41,569 bases of DNA from Amoeboaphelidium protococcarum X5 (Eukaryota > Fungi > Aphelidiomycota): positions 1-41,569 of the forward strand of contig JALDTO010000052.1 of the NCBI GenBank assembly GCA_023515725.1, read 5' to 3'. How positions within the stretch are numbered: position 1 is the first letter of the stretch; each line of letters opens with the position of its first letter. Shown in pieces: positions 37,735 to 41,569 of this stretch. A program made the translations under genes and the position numbers. A model generated the notes under the pieces. The model saw only the letters and a program-made list of their open reading frames with translations. It was not told where the DNA came from and did not search any database.

Positions 37735-38522
37735 TCACTTCACATTCTGTAGAGTGCCATTATTGATCTTTACAATCTTCTCCAAAGCTTCCAACCATGG
37801 CTTCAACTTGGCCATAGTTGCAGCCTCATCATCGCCTCCCAACTTTTTGTAAAACTCTGTACGGTATGGACACGCTTTCATTGCAAGCTACACATACAGT
37901 AAGTAATCAAGTGGGCCACACGACATGAAATGTTATAATAAAATACTAAAGTAAACTTACAGCAAATACTGGACGAATCAAAAAGTTGTGGTGCTTCTGT
38001 AAGGTGCCCTCATAAGCCTTGGTGAAGGACACGTTCAACTCCTCAGTCGGATTGTCCACGTTACGTCTCAGAGCAGAGCTGGTAAAGTCCAGCCCACGAT
38101 TCAACCACAGCAATCCTTCAGATGCAACCTTGCCTTTAGGTAGACTAGATTCTGCTTTAACGATCGCTTCCAGAGTGGAATATTGTTATGGATCCTAATT
38201 GTACTTTTCTCTAATCTTCTACACACACACAATTCCGAAAGTAGATGTTAAGTAAGTCGTCGCCATTTGCATCAATCATATGCAATCATCAGTCATACCT
38301 TAACATTACCATTCATGTCAGACTTGACTGGAGCGAAAGCAGTACCATTAAGAAAGTCTACACGGAGCATCAATCATTGCAGCCTATTGGAGACAAAACG
38401 AGAATCGTACCAAATAGCTTAATCAAATCCTCAGTAGCAGCCAGGAACTTGGCCACCTCCACTCCATTACTGGTAGGGACATCAGCGAACGATACAGTGA
38501 CTTGATCGAAAAATGTAGCCAT
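37735..38522 (-). CDS. Glycolipid transfer protein (GLTP/HET-C2 family; 193 aa; introns 38358-38410, 38219-38298, 37888-37960)
   Basis: AFAPVKSDMNGNVKK, EGLLWLNRGL, AYEGTLQKHH, AMKACPYR. Confidence 0.93.
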
Positions 38523-38780
38523 CGCTCGAAACCTCTTTCTTTTACAACACAATGTGATGGATGAAACTGGAATGTAATGTAAATGTAAGAGCAATCTTAA
38601 GCGAAGAAATCGAGATTTGAACGATGAAAACTCCGCGAGAGAGTCATTGAAGAGATTGTTCGCGTTTGCAAAGACTAACTGAGCACTTATACGCGCATTT
38701 GATCAAAAGCGACTCATCGCGAAACATAGAACGCCAATGACTAACTCTAATCTTACTCATAAACAGTTAAAGAAAACATT

Positions 38781-40946
38781 ATGGTGACTTCATTTTTAGA
38801 ACCATTTGCTACCGATCCGTCAAAATGGCGACTGCGCGTAAAGGATGGAAGGTAGACCTGGCATTATGTGGATGCGGGTAACAAGTCACCTAGTAAAGAA
38901 GACCCATAGAGTGTTGTGGAGAAGTATTGGCTGGGAACGCTCGGCGACAGTGACCAACTTCCAGTGTTCCAAGACAAGGCCAGGTCTGCACATGAGGCAG
39001 CAGAACGTGGTTTCAACTTCTTCAAATAGTTGCTGACTGAAGATGGCCATTGGGCTGGTGAATATGGTGGTCCGCTCTTCCTGCTAGGTGGTATGGTTAT
39101 CGTTTACTACGCCACTGGTCTGTAGTTTGAAGAGGCGCAAAGGCTGGAGATTATTCGCTATGTGAAGAACACCAGAGCGAAGGAAGGCGGTTGGGGCCTA
39201 CATATTGAAGGCGAGTCTATTGTGTTGTGTACTGTATTGAATTATGTCGTCTTGCGTTTGTTGGGTGTTAGTGCTAACGATCATGTATGTGTTGAAGCAC
39301 GTCAATTCATACTGAATAACGGTGGCGCCACGCATACTCCATCATGGGGCAAGTTTTGGCTCTCTGTGTTGAACGTTTACGACTGGCAAGGTGTCAATCC
39401 ACTTCTACCAGAGCTGTGGCTACTCCCATACGCACTGCCATTCCATCCTGCCAGATTGTGGTGTCATGCGCGCCAAATCTACCTTCCGATGAGTTATATT
39501 TACGCGAAGAGATATCAAGTTGAATGTACCGAGTTGATTGAGCAGTTGAGATCTGAACTATATCCGGTGGATTATAAGGAAATTGACTGGGTAGCAGCTC
39601 GAGATCAAGTGGCCTAGGTGGATTGTTATGCCCCTCATCATTGGCTATTGGATGTAGCCAATACTGGAATGAATTTGTTTGAATCTTTTGCTCCTTAGTG
39701 GGCAAGAGAAAAGGCCTTGAAAGAGGTTTTGTATTAGATCAGATGCGATGATGCTAATACTGACTGTATATCTATCGGTCCGATTAGTAAAATGATTAAT
39801 ATGCTGGTGGTGTATTTGGAGGATGGACCAAAGTCGGCCCAGTTCCAAAGACACTTGGATCGCTGTCAAGATTACTTGTGGATTGCCAATGATGGAATGA
39901 GGATGTAAGGCACTAATGGTTCTCAGCTGTGGGATACAGCTTTTGCCGCCGTTGCTGTATCAGAATCGAAACTAATTGATAATCCTGCCCACTAGTAGAC
40001 TCTGTCTCATGTATTGCACTTTCTGGATGATTGTTAGATTAAACAAAATGTTTATGAGCACGAAAGGTGTTATAGAGACGTTAACTTGTCAGCGTTCCCG
40101 TTCAGTACTCGTGATTGTGGTTGGGTAGTGTCTGATTGCACGGCTGAAGGCATCCGTGCTGTAATGACGCTGTAAAGTCATCCGGATATGCCTAAACTGA
40201 TCTCAGATGAGCGTATTATTCAGTGCATGTTAGTGTTAATGGACATGCAAAATGATGACGGAGGATTCGCGTCTTATGAGAAGCGTCGTGGTCCATTTTG
40301 GTTGGAATATTTGAATCCCAGCGAGGTGTTTGGTGAAATTATGGTTGACTACTCCTACGTGGAGTGTACATCTAGTGTTGTTTAAGCCTTGTCGGCTTTT
40401 GAGAAGTAGTACTCTGGTAAGATTGATGCCTCGATGTTGAGACGTGTTAAGAGTTGTATCGCGGATGGTATTGATTACATCAAGAAATAGTAGAGGGCAG
40501 ATGGAAGCTGGTTTGGTAGCTGGGGAGTTTGTTTCACGTATGCAGGTTGGTTTGCTTTGGAAGCTCTGGCCTGTGTTGGTGAGACGTTTGAGAATAGCGA
40601 ATGTGTTAGACGTGGTTGTGACTTCTTGGTTGGGAAGCAACGTTAGGACGGTGGCTGGGGTGAGAGTTATCTTGCTTGTACCTAGAAATAATACGTACAA
40701 CATGAATAATCTCAAGTTGTCAATACAGCCTGGGTTATGCTCTCTCTAATGGCTGCCAAGTATCTGCAGTAGGAGGTGATCAAACGCGGCTTAGATTTGC
40801 TTATTCAAAGATAGCAAGAGTTTGGTGATTGGAAGTAGGAGGCGATTGAAGGTGTTTTTAACAAGACTTGTATGATAAGCTATCCAAACTACAAGTTCAT
40901 CTTTCCAATATGGGCAATGAGTAGATATTCAAAATTATATGAGTGA
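38781..40946 (+). CDS. ERG7: Oxidosqualene cyclase, lanosterol synthase type (721 aa)
   Basis: [41 protein letters not shown] and QW repeats. Thr/Cys/Val at the product-determining sites. Confidence 0.95.
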
Positions 40947-41286
40947 TATAATTACGTACATTTTATCCATAGTTAGTCTGTATTCTGATCTTTTCAATGA
41001 AAAGTACCATTCCCTTTTGAAATTCGCTAATCTATACTCAGTTCTAGAAATTCATGCCATTAAAGTTTCTCTGTAAATCTTGAAGCAAGTTGGGTGTAAA
41101 TTTATCCACACTTCACATGAGCTTTACCGCAAAGTATGAGATACCACGTGTTGTACAAATGAATTTGCTTACATAAGTTGTGAAAGCCTCTCATTATCAC
41201 ATCAATTAATTTCCCCGGAACTCCATCTTTTTAGAGCTTTTATCCCCACATCTACCTGAAATTTTTATACACTTAAAGTTGCCATT

Positions 41287-41569
41287 ATGATCAAGAGTGT
41301 ATTATCTTTGGTACTGCTTGCAGTTGTCTACTCTGCTCCTACTCAAAGTAATGACGCGTCCGAGGTCGTACCTGGCGAGTTCATTGTTGGCCTCAAGATG
41401 GCTGAGTCTATGGACAGCAGCAGCTTCATCGATGATCATCTGCAGCGTGTCTTCGGTCTGGCTGCATCTGCTGAATCTACCCACAATCCTGTTCTGCACA
41501 AGTACTCATTTGGTTATGCTGCCAAGATGGACGACTACCTGAAGGATATGGTGCGCGCTATGCCTGAGG
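41287..41569 (+). CDS. Secreted subtilisin-like (S8) protease precursor: signal peptide + I9 propeptide (partial)
   Basis: Signal peptide MIKSVLSLVLLAVVYS; VVPGEFIVGLK...HKYSFGYAAKM...RAMPE matches the I9 pattern. The catalytic domain is outside the window. Confidence 0.75.
   Translation, partial: MIKSVLSLVLLAVVYSAPTQSNDASEVVPGEFIVGLKMAESMDSSSFIDDHLQRVFGLAASAESTHNPVLHKYSFGYAAKMDDYLKDMVRAMPE

Noticed and set aside
1-41569. Interpretation as a field of pseudogenes, or acceptance of the supplied short ORFs as genes
   Set aside because: Interruptions are only TAA/TAG and sit at Gln positions with no frameshifts. The other listed ORFs are antisense or off-frame shadows.

Overview
This is gene-dense eukaryotic DNA of fungus-like (holomycotan) type, written in a non-standard genetic code. 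TAA and TAG encode glutamine and TGA is the only stop, which is why the supplied standard-code ORF track is fragmented. Re-read with translation table 6, the window holds an apparently intact non-LTR retrotransposon (about 1-5.6 kb, minus strand) followed by 19 host genes. In order these are: a divergent lipoxygenase, a RADX-like OB protein, an unknown multipass membrane protein, an NDR kinase, a Derlin, proteasome beta-2, a VMAT-like MFS transporter, DNA polymerase alpha B subunit, an INP54-like 5-phosphatase, UBP8/USP22, a PH-domain tail-anchored protein, DUF4436, a TPP1/Est3-like OB protein, a BIR-BIR fusion protein, an orphan 7TM protein, an ACS-family MFS transporter, GLTP, lanosterol synthase and the 5' part of a subtilisin. 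The code plus gene content best fit an aphelid such as Amoeboaphelidium (inference). The most striking unexplained pattern is that all 12 introns I could place are 53-80 nt, begin with GTA and end in an invariant TGTAG, mostly without a clear polypyrimidine tract or canonical branch point. Family assignments come from motif recognition by eye, not from database searches.
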